Assembly: GCF_006345805.1 (NCBI RefSeq)
Contig: NC_042997.1
Coordinates: 192,262,001-192,326,000 of the forward strand
Reading direction: 5' to 3'
Length of the DNA: 64,000 nucleotides
Source: Octopus sinensis
Taxonomy: Eukaryota
The notes under the pieces were generated by a model. It was given only the letters and a program-made list of their open reading frames with translations, searched no databases and was not told where the DNA came from. Below are positions 38,040 through 51,300 of this stretch, in pieces. The position numbers and the translations under genes were made by a program. The stretch's first letter is position 1; each line of letters starts with the position of its first letter.

Positions 38040-38478
38040 TTGAGATCATTAAAATGGAATATCAAGTTAAGAAAAACGAGCATTTTTGACACCTTCTTTT
38101 TGCTTTTAATCAAGGTTCTAAGGCCGCAAAAGCTGCTTGCAATATTTGTGCTGTGTATGGAGAGGGTGCCATAGCTGAAAGAATCGCTCGTGATTGGTAT
38201 GCCAAATTCAAAAACGGAAATTTTGACCTCAAAGACATACCTTGTTCTGGCTGTCCAGTTGAGTTCGATGAAGAGCGATTAAACCAACTTTTGCATGAAA
38301 ATTCTCGTCAACAGCAGTGCATCAGCATGGCTGCAGCTATGAGCTGAAACTACAGCAAAAGAAAGAAAATGACAAGGGAACTGATCAGAGTAAATGGAAT
38401 GTTACCACACTGCTATAGAGAAGGATCTTCACGCAATGGGAAAGGTTCAGAAGTATGGAGCATGGGTTCCGCATGCTC
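38040..38478 (+). mobile_element. Mariner transposase N-terminal (HTH) remnant
   Basis: MEYQVKKNEHF*HLLFAFNQGSKAAKAACNICAVYGEGAIAERIARDWYAKFKNGNFDLKD.P.SG.PVEFDEERL...KVQKYGAWVPHA; short insertion at ~38322-38370. Confidence 0.8.
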
Positions 38479-38574
38479 CATACTTCCACAGAAAGGAACA
38501 CAGAAAGAAACAAGGAGAGAAAATAAAGAATGTGTAGTGGCTAGCAATATATATATATATATATATATATATAA

Positions 38575-38840
38575 TAACAAAGGGTAAAATTAATTAATTA
38601 ATAAACTAGTAATCAATAATTTCACCAAGTAGAATTCGGCATGAAAATGGACCATTTCCGGGTAAACTTAAGTAATATTTTATAATTAGGGTTCAGCAAA
38701 GATTTGTTTTACCACATACCTAGTACTTTGTTTTTGTCTGGGAATCTCTTTTTAAAGTAGTGGAAATAGCTAAGGTTCTCTGGCTGCTATTTCTAAACTT
38801 CGGTATGTGGTAAAGCAAATCTTTGCTGAACCCTAATTAT

Positions 38841-38847
<7 letters not shown>
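38575..38847 (-). mobile_element. Inverted-repeat footprint (arms 38675-38720/38802-38847, ~80-nt spacer) with ~100-nt tail on the left
   Basis: atattttataattagggttcagcaaagatttgttttaccacatacc / ggtatgtggtaaagcaaatctttgctgaaccctaattataaaatat; (TA)n on both flanks. Confidence 0.75.
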
Positions 38848-38891
<44 letters not shown>

Positions 38892-39343
38892 TCATCATCA
38901 TCATCATCGTTTAGCGTCCACTTTCCATGCTAGCATGGGTTGGACGGTTCAACTAGGGTCTGGGAAGCCAGAAGGCTGCACCAGGCCCAGTCTGATCTGG
39001 CAATGTTTCTACGGCTGGATGCCCTTCCTAACGCCATATATATATATATATATTTACGACAGGCTTCTTTCAGTTTCCGTCTACCAAATCCACTCACAAG
39101 ACTTTGGTTGGCCTGAGCTTATAGCAGAAGACACTTACCCAATGTGCCATGCAGTGGGACTGAAACTAGGACCATGTGGTTGGGAAGCAAGCTTCTTACC
39201 ACACAGCCACTCCTGCACCTATGTAAATATATAATTTAATAACATTTAAACTCAGCTCCATATGACTCAACATTTTGTGGGTATGGAGGAGAAACCCATC
39301 GCATCAGATATCTAAACAACCTATGAATATATAAACGTGTGTG

Positions 39344-39438
<95 letters not shown>

Positions 39439-40164
39439 TGTGTGTGTGTGTGTGTGAGTGTAACTATGCACACGTACATCTAGTTTTGATGATGGGTGTT
39501 TGATTTCTTTCAGTAATTTGATTTACACTTAAGGAGCGGTAATTTGTATTTTCAGGCATTTTTGCTGCTAACCGAAATAAATCAGTCTTTACTCGCTGGT
39601 ACCTATGTAGATAGTAGTAATTAGGAAGTTCTCTCTCTCTCTCTCTCTCTCTCTTTCCTTCTCTCTTTTCCCCCATCTCTCTCTCCCCACCTAACAATTT
39701 TCCCCTGACAATGTACATGAGAACTAAAATGCTACAAGAAACTGACGGAGCTGATGAATGGAATGGTTGCATTTGTCTTTTGATAAGAAAGATAATGTGA
39801 TATTTCGAAAGTTTAATCAATATTAGCATTTGTGTTATTACGATATATATATATATATGTATGTATATATGTATATGTGTATGTATGCATGTATGCATGC
39901 ATGTATGTATGTATGTGTATATATATGTATGTATGAATGTATCTATCTATGTATGTATGTATCTATGTATGTATGTATGTATGTATCTATCTATCTGTAT
40001 ATATATATATATATATATACACATATATATATACATATACATATGTATAAATATATATATACTCAGTTTCATGTCACTGTTTGTCAGACAGTTGTGATAA
40101 TACAGAATACAACATAAAATTCTTGTAACTGTCTGAGTAACAGTTAGTGAAGATTTTTCAGCTA

Positions 40165-40204
<40 letters not shown>

Positions 40205-41000
40205 CACATACACACATATATATACATATTGATATATACATAAAACCAAACACAACTTCTGGAGTTTTTTCAAGGTGGTGCTCCAGCATGGGCGCAGTCC
40301 AAAGAGTGAATCAACTAAAAGGCAAAAGATAATGATTACTGAGTCCTATCATAGTTAAAAGCTGATTTACAAGAAAAATTATGAATGTTCCAGAATGTTC
40401 CGTTTGCATTCTGGTGCAAATATGGAAATAAGTCTTTCATGTCAGCTGACAATTTTTCAGTCACCACAAGATGTGATTGGTTGAAATAAGTATTGGAAGG
40501 CAAGTCTGTCTGCATGTTCAGTGTATGATATTATCATACTAGCAAATTTAATATGCTGGCTAAAAACAAAGCTTTAGCTAGTCAATGATGGCAAAATTAT
40601 AGGACCCTGGCAGAGATCTGTCGTAGTCTTCAATGGTTTGAACACCAGTTTCATAAATTGAGAAACTCCAAGAGAACCAATCACCATTCCAGTTTCCAAA
40701 GTGAGAAACACCTCTCAAATTTTTCGGGTTAACAGCTAAAGAATAAAGGTTTCTTCAAATTTGGGGATTGGTGAGTTGCAGCAATTGAACTTCATGATGT
40801 TTGGGGCTTTTGAGCAAAATAAGGTGTATATTTGCAATCCAAATGTCTTGCTCAAGAACACAACACACAGCCTGGTCTGGGAATCGAACTCACAACCTCA
40901 CGATTCAAACACATGTACAAATACGTTTGTGTGTATTCATGTGTGTATATTTATACATACACACAGTTATATGCACACATATCCATCCATCCATCCATAT

Positions 41001-41039
<39 letters not shown>

Positions 41040-41372
41040 TCAGCTACCATATCTGATCGCTAAATCCACAAGTTTTTTTTATTGTCTCTCTGTTTATTTT
41101 CTCTTATTCCTTTCTGTTGAAGAGTGTAGACTCGAAATGTAAAAGACTTTCTCACTTTCCCAAGTGTCAAACTAAAACACCTGCTTGTTGTTCATATACC
41201 TGTCTTCATCTTTTGTTTTTCTGTAAATTTCAACTATACATATGCATATATATTCATGTCTGTCGACAGCAAGCAAGCTGAAACCTTAAAGTCAAAGACA
41301 ATCTTTTTCCAGTGATAATTTATTAAACCTATCTGTCTGTATGTATATCTGTATAATTGTGTGTATATATAT

Positions 41373-41706
41373 AAGGCGCATGAATCAGTGGTTAGATTGT
41401 CGAGCTTACGATCATGAGGTTGTGAGTTTGATTTCCAGACCGGGCTGTGTGTTGTGTTCTTGAGCAAGACACTTTATTTCACGTTGCTCCAGTTAACTCA
41501 GCTGTAGAAATGAGTTGCGACATCACTGGTGCCAAGCTGTATTGGCCCCTTTGCCTTTCCCTTGGATAACATCAGTGGTGTGGAGAGGAGAGGCTGGTAT
41601 GCATGGGTGACTGCTGGTCTTCCACAAACAACCTTGCCTGGACTTGTGCCTCAGAGGGTAACTTTCAAGGTGCAATCCCATGGTCATTCATGACCGAAGG
41701 GGGTCT
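41373..41706 (+). mobile_element. SINE family C, full
   Basis: Collinear with 2091-2415. Confidence 0.85.
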
Positions 41707-42516
41707 CCTCCTATATATATAATGTATCTATATCTATGTATACAACACACACACATGCGTACACATGTACACACACACACACACAATACACATAATACAA
41801 AATCCCACATTTAACTCACTAGAAGGTACAGAAAAAAAACAAGTCATTATTGAATGTTCCTTATAGAGAAATGCAATTTTTTTATCATAACATTTATCGT
41901 TTAGTGATATTAATGTCAATTTATCGCAATTCCCTTCATTTTCTTCAACCTTTTAGCATAGGAAACAATAATTTTAATACCATTTCTGTTAGTTTGTATT
42001 CAAATGCACAGCTATAAGCCAATTAGAAGCATTTTAAAGGTCATATCAAGTGGTTACCATTTACAGTTTGTGTATGTGCTATGAATTTAAGGAGGAACTA
42101 AATGGCTTCTTGTTTATTTGACTGTTTAAATAATGTTTTAGGAATAATATTTGCTTCATCTCTTGATCTTTGGTTATTTCATCTGTGGAATTTTTATTTT
42201 TATTTTTAATTTATTTTATATATTGAGTTTTCAGAATAATAGTATTGTCATTGGTTTATAGATTTCCAATGCTGGAATCAATGATTTACTACATTTACAA
42301 TTGTGAGAATGATCAGGAAGTATCTCTGAAACTTGAATGGAATAAATACTGCATAAGGTATATATCATTTGCTGACATAAATCCATATACACATAGACAC
42401 ACAGAGAAAGCAACAGTGAAGTAAGTTAAGAAAGACTGCTATGAAAATATAAAGGGTTAAAGCGCATGCATAGTACATGGTGAGAATCAAGATGGTGTCT
42501 CAAGAATGAATATGTA

Positions 42517-43066
42517 TTGGGTTGTCCAGAAAGTTCATGCCGATTTTTAAAGGAAAGAAAAAGGTCAATAAATACTTGCCATTACATTTTTAATCAACCA
42601 AATATGAACCATTTTGTTACACAATGTGTCTCCATCTTTCCTTTAACTTGAAAATACCCTCTTCGCAGAATTGAGGTAGTTTCATAGCAAAGAATTCATC
42701 AAGGTATCTTTTTACGAAATCTAAGGAATTGAAATTTTTACCATTAAGACTATTCTGCAGAGACCTGGATAAGTGATAAGTGGAAATCCAAAGGAGCAAT
42801 ATCTGGTGAATATGGAGAGTGGGGTAACACATCCCAGCCGAGCTGCAGCAATTTTTGTCTGGTTCCCAAAGCATCAAGTACTGAAAATGAACTTTAAAGA
42901 ATTAACACAGGTTATAGGAACATAAATCTTCTTCCACAAAAAGATAGCTTAAACTGTGCTCTAAATGGAGGTGTAGTTAAATCCTATTTTATGGACTCAA
43001 CCATATTCTAAAATAAGTCGAAATGTAAGCTACTATAAATCGGCACAAACTTTCTGGACAACCCAA
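42517..43066 (-). mobile_element. Internally deleted mariner element with TIRs and TA TSDs
   Basis: TA|ttgggttgtccagaaagttcatgccgattt ... aaatcggcacaaactttctggacaacccaa|TA; minus-strand YHLSRSLQNSLNGKNF...GIFKLKERWRHIV C-terminus. Confidence 0.85.
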
Positions 43067-43374
43067 TACATCAGCATTTTGATTTTCACTGTTCACTGTG
43101 CACGCAATAATTGTCAATTGGCAGAAATCAGCACATATCAACAAATAATTTGTTTGCCGAATTCTGTAAACAAAAGTGAAAGCCCTAATTAGATTCATTA
43201 GTCTGGGATAACTTTGACTGAAAAGTCCTTTTATCTCAATGAATTGGGTGTGTTACAAGTACATATTTATCTGAAGGGAGCTTTTCTCTAATTACAAAAT
43301 ATGTGGTAATAAATTATACATACATACATACATGGTAATTTATTATACATACATATGACATATAAATAACAACA

Positions 43375-44485
43375 TAAAATTGGCTCGTTACAAATCGTTT
43401 GTCTTTCTATCCCTGTTGTATTCTTCTGAAACATGGGCATGTTATGAAAGGCAATTCAAATTGTTAAAACAATTCCATCAAAAATGCCTCCGCCACATTT
43501 TAAACATCAACCCTTTCATTACCAACCTGGCTGAAACCAGCTCTGGCTCTGTGGTAAAATGTCTTGTTTTCATAAGTTTTGAATTAAAATATTCCACCAA
43601 GCCTTAATCATAATTTATGTTCCTAACACTAGCTGAATGATAACAGAGAATTTACTAAATTCTCTGTTATATTTTAAATAATTGAAAGAAACACAGAGCA
43701 TCTCAAAATAAATATGGTAACGAAAGGGTTAAATGGGGGTGGTTTTACTTCAGACACAGATGTCTTTGCATTTGCAGATTTCACTTCAATTAAATCAATG
43801 ATTCTGAAAAATCAAATGAGATGGTCTGGTCATATTATTCATATGGCAGATGAACACACGCCCAAACAGCTGTTTTATGGTGAGCTAGCAATCAGTGAAA
43901 ACCTAAAAAGAGGCTTAAGGACAGCATAAGAACTACCATGAAGCCACTTGGAATGGATCCAAAGGCCATAGAAGCTCTTGTTTTGGATCGAGCTGGATGG
44001 TGAACAAAAGTGTGGAGTAGAGTGAAAATGTTTGAGAAGGTCAGGATTACACATACAAGAGAGATTTAAACTCGAGAGATTTAAAAAAGAATGTTTCGAT
44101 TGAGAAGGTGAATCTCAGTGACTGATTTCTGTGCACAGTTTGCGACAGACAATGACTTTCTTCTGCTGGGCTCAAATCTCATTTGCAGACCCATGAAAAA
44201 CCGTAACGCCACAACTGTTCTGCCAATATATCTGTGCACACCTTTCAATGCTGTGTATGCCATAAGGTCTGTAAATCTAATGGAGGCTTCAAAAGACATT
44301 TTAAAATCCACAAAGATCAGAACTTAAGTGCAGCCCTTTGCGGCCCAAATGTGATATGCAATTTATGTGGGTGTCTTTTCAATACATTGTCTGGTTTAAA
44401 AAGCCTCATCAGACGCCATGATCAATATAGGGTGTAGAGATGGGAGGTGGTCAGACTCTGTACAAGGAGTAGACAACAACCATAT
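43375..44485 (+). mobile_element. Decayed RTE-clade LINE 3' region with C-terminal zinc fingers, split by a MITE
   Basis: LLYSSETWACYERQFKLLKQFHQKCLRHILNI|KW...QMRWSGHIIHMADEHTPKQLFYGEL...C..C...GGFKRHFKIH...CNLCGCLFNTLSGLKS. Confidence 0.7.
43511..43728. mobile_element. piggyBac-like MITE (TTAA-type target)
   Basis: tcaa|ccctttcattacc ... ggtaacgaaaggg|ttaa; second copy 57810-58029 flanked by ttaa. Confidence 0.7.
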
Positions 44486-44584
44486 ATATATATATTTCGT
44501 TTTTGGATTTGGTTTGCAAGATTCTTTATGTGAGTTCATATGTTAAATTATAAGGCACAAAAAGAAAATGACTCCCCCAGACAC

Positions 44585-44620
<36 letters not shown>

Positions 44621-45014
44621 TTGCATAGCAAGTGACTTGATCTGAGATCATGTACTGAAACAAAAAAAATTTCAACATGGAAGTTGTTTATAAGCCATTT
44701 AATAATACACACGAAAAAAACATTAGATTTAAATGTTTAAATTTAATTTGGGTCAAAATATTTTTGTCATTTTGAAACCACAACCTGTTCACTTACAAAA
44801 CTATATATCTGACCTTCTGGTTGGTGTATTTCACTGAAGATTGTGAGGTTGTGATTTCAATTCCTGGATAGGGTGAAGTGTTGTGTTTTTGAGCAAATCA
44901 CTTCAATGCAAGTTACTCTGATGTCACTCCTTATAAACAGACACTCATTATCGCCATGGGCTCCTTGAGAGCAGTCAGCTAAAAGTTTTTTGTGCATTTT
45001 GATGTCGACATAAG

Positions 45015-45110
45015 TTCCTTGCCTTTCCTGATGAGAAATTGCATAATGTACTCCTTATTCCTTCGGAATTAGGAATATGTAGCCTTCGAAACATGTCGAA
45101 AATAAAGGAA
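45015..45110 (+). ncRNA. Type I hammerhead ribozyme with fully canonical core
   Basis: Stem I TTCCTT-gcc-TTTC / GAAA-ata-AAGGAA; CTGATGA 45028-45034; long stem II closed by G-C; GAAA 45088-45091; palindromic stem III ACATGT; GUC triplet, predicted cut after 45097. Confidence 0.75.
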
Positions 45111-45157
45111 ATTTGTAACAAGTCGTTCAACTCCATTCTTTCATAAACTTATATATA

Positions 45158-45209
<52 letters not shown>

Positions 45210-45226
45210 TATATATAATATATATT

Positions 45227-45441
45227 TACTCTTTTACTTGTTGTAGTCATTGACTGTGGCCATGCTGGAGCACCACCTTTAGTTGAACAAATCAACCCCA
45301 GGACTTATTCTTTGTAAGCCTAGTACTTATTCTATTGGTCTCTTTTTCCCGAAGCGCTAAGTTAAAGAGACGTAAACACACCAGCATCGGTTATCAAGCA
45401 ATGTTGGGGGCACAAAAACAGACACACAAACACATACACAC

Positions 45442-45491
<50 letters not shown>

Positions 45492-45874
45492 CGTGAAGCT
45501 TTATGAAAATAAACAAAAGACGAAGGCAGGTGGAATACAAACAAACAATTGTATTAGTATGGCGCTCAGGAATATAAATAAAACAAGTCTTTTACGTTTC
45601 GAGCCTACGCTCTTCAACAGAAAGATACACAGAAAAGAAACAAGGAGAGAAAAAAAAAATGCGTGCAGAGGCTAGCGAATCAACATGGCGATCTGATATA
45701 TACATATATACGATGAGTTTCTTTCAGTTTCCGTCTACCAAATCCATTCACAAGGCTTTGGTTTGCTCGAGGCTATGGTAGACAACACTTGCCCAAGATG
45801 CCACACAGTGGGACTGAACCTGGAACCATGTGGTTCGTAAGCAAGCTACTTACCACACAGCCACTCCTATGCCT
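45227..45874 (-). mobile_element. SINE family A with a PLE-type footprint (45491-45696) nested in its microsatellite
   Basis: 3' module 45227-45440, head 45710-45874, unrelated insert between (TA)n tracts. Confidence 0.75.
45589..45624 (-). ncRNA. Minimal hammerhead fold with CUGUUGA core variant
   Basis: CTTT-CTGTTGA-A-GAGC GTAG GCTC-GAAA-CG-TA-AAAG; related copies ~41108-41150 (+), ~53285-53325 (+), partial ~38474-38548 (-). Confidence 0.55.
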
Positions 45875-45953
45875 ATATATATATATATATGTATATATGT
45901 AGAGAGAGAGAGAGATACACATAGATACATACAAATGTGTGTGTCTTTATATG

Positions 45954-46023
<70 letters not shown>

Positions 46024-46462
46024 ATATATAATATAAACTTGATATCATAGAAAAAGTATCATTAAGCCACCTTACAGCTGGGACAATTATTGATATGAAA
46101 TAGTTTTCTATTCTAAATGAAGGCTAAATTTAACACTTGCTATAACTCTTCTCTTAGTGTGTTTGCACAATGAAAACAAAAAATTGAGCTGTCAGTATTA
46201 TGTCAACCGAAAGTTTTATTGATTTTTAAACCTAATAAAAATTATGTGTCATCTATTTATATGACTAACTCCTTTATCAAAGAATCCACTCTGGAATTAT
46301 TTTTAGTATATTTTGCTCTCATCGATAATATATTTTCAGAATCTTGAAGCCAAGATCAAGACATGGCAATATTTATTGACTGCTTCATTGTCATTTTAAA
46401 AGTGATGATGATGATCATCATCATCATCAGCGTCATTGTCATCATCATCGTCGTCGTCATTG

Positions 46463-46496
<34 letters not shown>

Positions 46497-46524
46497 TACC
46501 CTCATCGTCATAATCATCATCATC

Positions 46525-46910
46525 AGGCGCAGGAGTGGCTGTGTGGTAAGTAGCTTGCTTACCAACCACATGGTACCAGGTTCAGTCCCACTGTGTGGGA
46601 CCTCAGACAAGTGTTTTCTGCTATAGCCTCGGGCCAACCAAAGTCTTGTGAGTAGATTTGGTAGATGGTAACTGAAAGAAGCCCATCGTATACATGTATA
46701 TGTATATATGTGTGTTTGTTCCCCTAACATCACTTGACAACCAGTGCTGGTGTGTTTATGTCCTTGTAACTTAGTGGTTCGGCAAAAGAGAACGATACAA
46801 TAAGTATTAGACTTCCAAAGAATAAGTCCTGGGATTGATTTGCTCGACTAAAGCAGTGCTCCAGTATGGCAGCAGTCAAATGACTGAAACAACTAAAAGA
46901 GTAGAAAAGA
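46525..46910 (+). mobile_element. Full SINE family A
   Basis: Head plus 3' module. Confidence 0.85.
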
Positions 46911-47585
46911 GTAGTATCATCATCATCATATGATGTGGTAACTGATCATGATGGGAAAGTGACTGAGTACCTTTTGAGTATTGGACCTCATGGATGCAGT
47001 GGCCACGACCTGAGGCAATGACCATGACCTTTGACATTATCTTGTGCTTGAGAAGAAAATCCATCAAGCCAAGCAAAATTGCAGGTGTGGTAGATACTGG
47101 TGTCACACAAATGGCACTCATGCTGGGGGTGCGTAAATGCACCATTTACATTCTTGGAGTGGTTGGCATTAGGAAGGGCATCCAGCCATAGAAAACCATG
47201 CCAAATCAGACTGGATCCTGGCGCAGCCTTCCAGTGTGCCAGCCCAGTCAAACCATCCAACCCATGTCAGCAAGGACAACAGACTTAAATGATGTGATGA
47301 TGATGATATATATTATGGACTTTCCTCTTGTTAGATGACAAATGACCATTTTGCAATTTCTTGCTGAAGAACCAGTTGCTTTGTTTACAGTGATCAAATG
47401 TTTTTGTTTATATAATCTCTTTCCCTCCATCAAATCGACATCCACTGTACCAGTGCACATGTGTACCACATGTCAGATTCGAAATGATCATGGAGCCAAA
47501 ATAAAATGAAATGTTTTGCTTAAGAACACAATGCACCAACTGGTTTGGGAATCCAGACCCCACGATCTTGTAATCATGAGTGCAA

Positions 47586-48095
47586 CCGAGATACTAATAC
47601 GTGCTAACCTGCCCAGCATCCATACCATCCTGATGCAGTTTCAGCTTCGCTGGGCAGGGCATGTAGCTTGCATGTCAGACAATCGATTACCAAAAAGGTT
47701 GTTCTTTGGTGAGCTGCAAAAGGGAAAGCACTCACAAGGCGGCCAGAAGAAGCTCTTTAAGGACACACTGAAAGCCTCACTGAAAGTCTTCAACATCGAC
47801 CATGACACTTGGGAACAGTCTGCTCTAGACAGAGAAGGGTGGCGATCAGCTGTCCACAAGGGTGCCAACACATGCGAGACCAATAGGATCGCTGCTGTAG
47901 AAGACCGCAGACAAGCCAGGAAAAACAGAGCTAACAACCCTGTAGCAGGTGCTACCATTCCCTGTCCACACTGTCAAAGGCTCTTTCGGGTGCAGATTGG
48001 CCTCACTAGCCATCTGCAGACTCACAAAACAAGCCCACCCCCACCCCAGGATGACTAGATGGTCTTCGTCGCATCAACGGACAAACTACCATACC
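47586..48095 (+). mobile_element. RTE-clade LINE 3' end (open frame to stop at 48058)
   Basis: QLRWAGHVACMSDNRLPKRLFFGEL..G..SQGGQKKLFKDTLK...DREGWR...CPHCQRLFRVQIGLTSHLQTH. Confidence 0.85.
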
Positions 48096-48429
48096 ATGAG
48101 TGCAACAGCCATACACTTTCATATATGTATATACGTGTGTGTGTGTAATATGTATATAACTGGCACTCCATTGGTTATTACGACAAGGATTCCAACTGAT
48201 CCAATCAATGGCTAAGTACTCCACAGACATGTGTACCCTTAATGTAGTTGTAAGGAGATTCAGCATGACGCAGAATATGATAAGGCTGGCCCTTTGAAAT
48301 ACAGGTACCACTCATTTTTGCTATCTGGGTGGACTTGAGTAGCATGAAATAAAGTGCCTTGCTCAAGGACACAAGGCTCCACTGGGAATCGAACTCTTCA
48401 ATTGTGTGCAGGACATCTGAACCACTACA

Positions 48430-50160
48430 ACACACACCTTTACACACACTCACCTTTACACAGACACACACACCTTTACACCGCCCCTTTATACATACAC
48501 CTTTACACACACACACCATTACAGGCACACACACCTTTACAGACACATACACTTTTTCACACACACACACCTTTACACACAACACACCTGTACACATATA
48601 CACGCGCGCACACACACACACACAAACATACATATATATATGTAAGTAATATGAACTGACATTTTTAGTGAGGTGGAAAGATTGCTTCAACGTATTCATT
48701 TTTGTTCCCTGTGGTCTGAGTTCAAATTCTGCCTTGGCCTTCATCTGGAGTAGATCTAATCTTTCAAAACATATAATGCCATCGCCTGACCCTTAGAAGA
48801 CCTTTAGTGAAGTCCACCCATTTGTAGGGGTTTGTCTGATCAGGTGTTTGGCTTGAGAATATCATCCTCCTATTTCCTATCCACTTGTCTTGGAAAGGTC
48901 AGGAGTACTGCCTTCCTTCCAGACTTGAAGATAAAAGATGTGTGTGTCTGTGTGAGAGAATGTATGTGTGTGTGTGTGCATGCATGTGTATGAGACAATG
49001 AGAGAAAGTGTTTGTGTGAGTTTGTGTGTGTGTGAGTTTGTGTGTATGTGAGTTTGTGTGTGTGTGAGTGTGACTGTGAAGGTATATGTATGAATGTATG
49101 TGTGTATGTGTGAATGAATGTGTGTGTGAGAGAGAGAAGTGTGTATGTGCCTTTGTGTGTGTGTGAATATTTGTATATATATATGAGAGAGAGATTGAGT
49201 GAGAGTGTGTGTATGTGTGTGTGTGTGTGTGCATGCGCATATGTGTATGAAACAATGAGAGAATGAGAGATATGTATGAGAGAATGAGAAAAGGTGTGTG
49301 CGTGAGTTTGTGTGACTGTGAAGGTATATGTATGAATGTTTGTGTGTGTGTGGTGTGTGTGAGAAAGAGAAGCGTGTATGTGCCTCTGTGTGTGTGCGAA
49401 TATTTGTATGTATGAGAGAGAGGGAGAGAGTGAGTGTGTGTGTGAATCTGTGAGAATGTGTGCATGTGTGATTGTATTGTGTGAATGAATGTGTGTGTGA
49501 GAGAGAGAAGTGTGTATGTGCCTTTGTGTGTGTGTGTGTGCATGCGCATATGTGTATGAAACAATGAGAGAATGAGAGATATGTATGAGAGAATGAGAAA
49601 AGGTGTGTGCGTGAGTTTGTGTGACTGTGAAGGTATATGTATGAATGTATGTGTGTATGTATGTATGTAAGCATGTATGTACATACATACGTATGTATGT
49701 ATGTATGAGAATGTATGTATGTATGTATGTATGTATGTATGAGAATGTATGTATGTATGTATGTATGCATGTATGAGAATGTATGTATGTATGTAAGTAT
49801 GAGAATGTATGTATGTATGTATGTATGTATGAGAATGTATGTATGTATGTATATATGTATGTATGTATGTATGAGAATGTATGTATGTATGTATGCATGT
49901 ATGTATGTATGAGAATGTATGTATGTATGTATGAGAATGTATGTATGTATGTGTGTGTATGTATGTATGTATGCTTGCATGCATGTATGTATGTGTGTAT
50001 GTATGTATGTATGTATGTATGCATGCATGCATGTATGTATGTACGTACGTACGTATGTATGTATGTAAGCATGTATGTACATACATACGTATGTATGTAT
50101 GTATGTATGTATGTATGTATGTATGTATGTATGTATGTATGTATGTATGTATATATGCGT
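48430..50160. repeat. Complex (TG)/(TATG)/(GAGAAT) low-complexity satellite with internal block duplications
   Basis: Blocks at ~49130-49345 and ~49490-49645 are near copies. Confidence 0.85.
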
Positions 50161-50707
50161 GTATATACAATAAGAATTGTACCAATTGATAGCCTGTCAT
50201 TGCTGAACCAATGAATGAAGCAGTGAAAAATCACCTTATTCATTAATATATTTTTAATCACCTTTTCTTGTGATTATGAAGACTTTGGACATCGTTGTTT
50301 GTTTCAGTTCGTCTGTATATATACATGTGTGTATGTGTGTGCATGTATATATATATATATATATATATATGAGTGCTTGTGTTAGTGACACACTGACCCT
50401 GTATATACAAACTCCCCACTCTATGAAAGCCTGTTATAGATAGTGACTGATGTATTTATTTCATTCACTGCAAATTTATTCTCAAATCCTAATCATCCGA
50501 TATCTCCTGTTACCATTTCTGATGTTGTGTTACTGCTTATGAATTACTTATCATATACTTAAATAGTCGGTGCATAAGAATGACTTGTACTTTAGTGTCA
50601 GAAGTACGCCCCCCCACCTACCAACCTACCCGTCCACCCATAATATATACACATATGTATATGTAAATATATATATATCTATATGTCTATCTATCTATCT
50701 ATATATA

Positions 50708-50741
<34 letters not shown>

Positions 50742-51114
50742 GGTAAACAGTAAAAATAATTACAGACATGGACAAGAACATGAAACACCACAGAGACGAC
50801 ACAAGAACCACAGGACGGGACATTCGAAGCCCTCAGTCATCAGTCAAGAACCAGATCATCTTAGCAATTTCGGCTGATTAATCTTGAGATTGCTCCGATA
50901 TGGCCAGCCCGCCAAGGGAAATCTGAGCCAAGCGCATTAGATCCCCTGGAAGAAAGCTTCGAATGTATACAACGAAAGGACGGAAAACGAACGAAGTACA
51001 CAAACAAAAATACAGATACGTGACACCAATAAGAATACAAAACGTAAAAACATAACGGTAAAAATAAAAAATAAACAACAAAACAAAACCAGGACGTAGG
51101 ACAAGGGTCTTTCG

Positions 51115-51262
<148 letters not shown>

Positions 51263-51300
51263 GTATATATATATTTAACACAGAGATAGATAGATAGATA

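Noticed and set aside
48870-50261. Overlapping 400-460 aa His/Thr/Tyr/Ile-rich ORFs
   Set aside because: Read-through of (TATG)n/(TG)n satellite that lacks stops in all frames of one strand; no domain, no codon structure.
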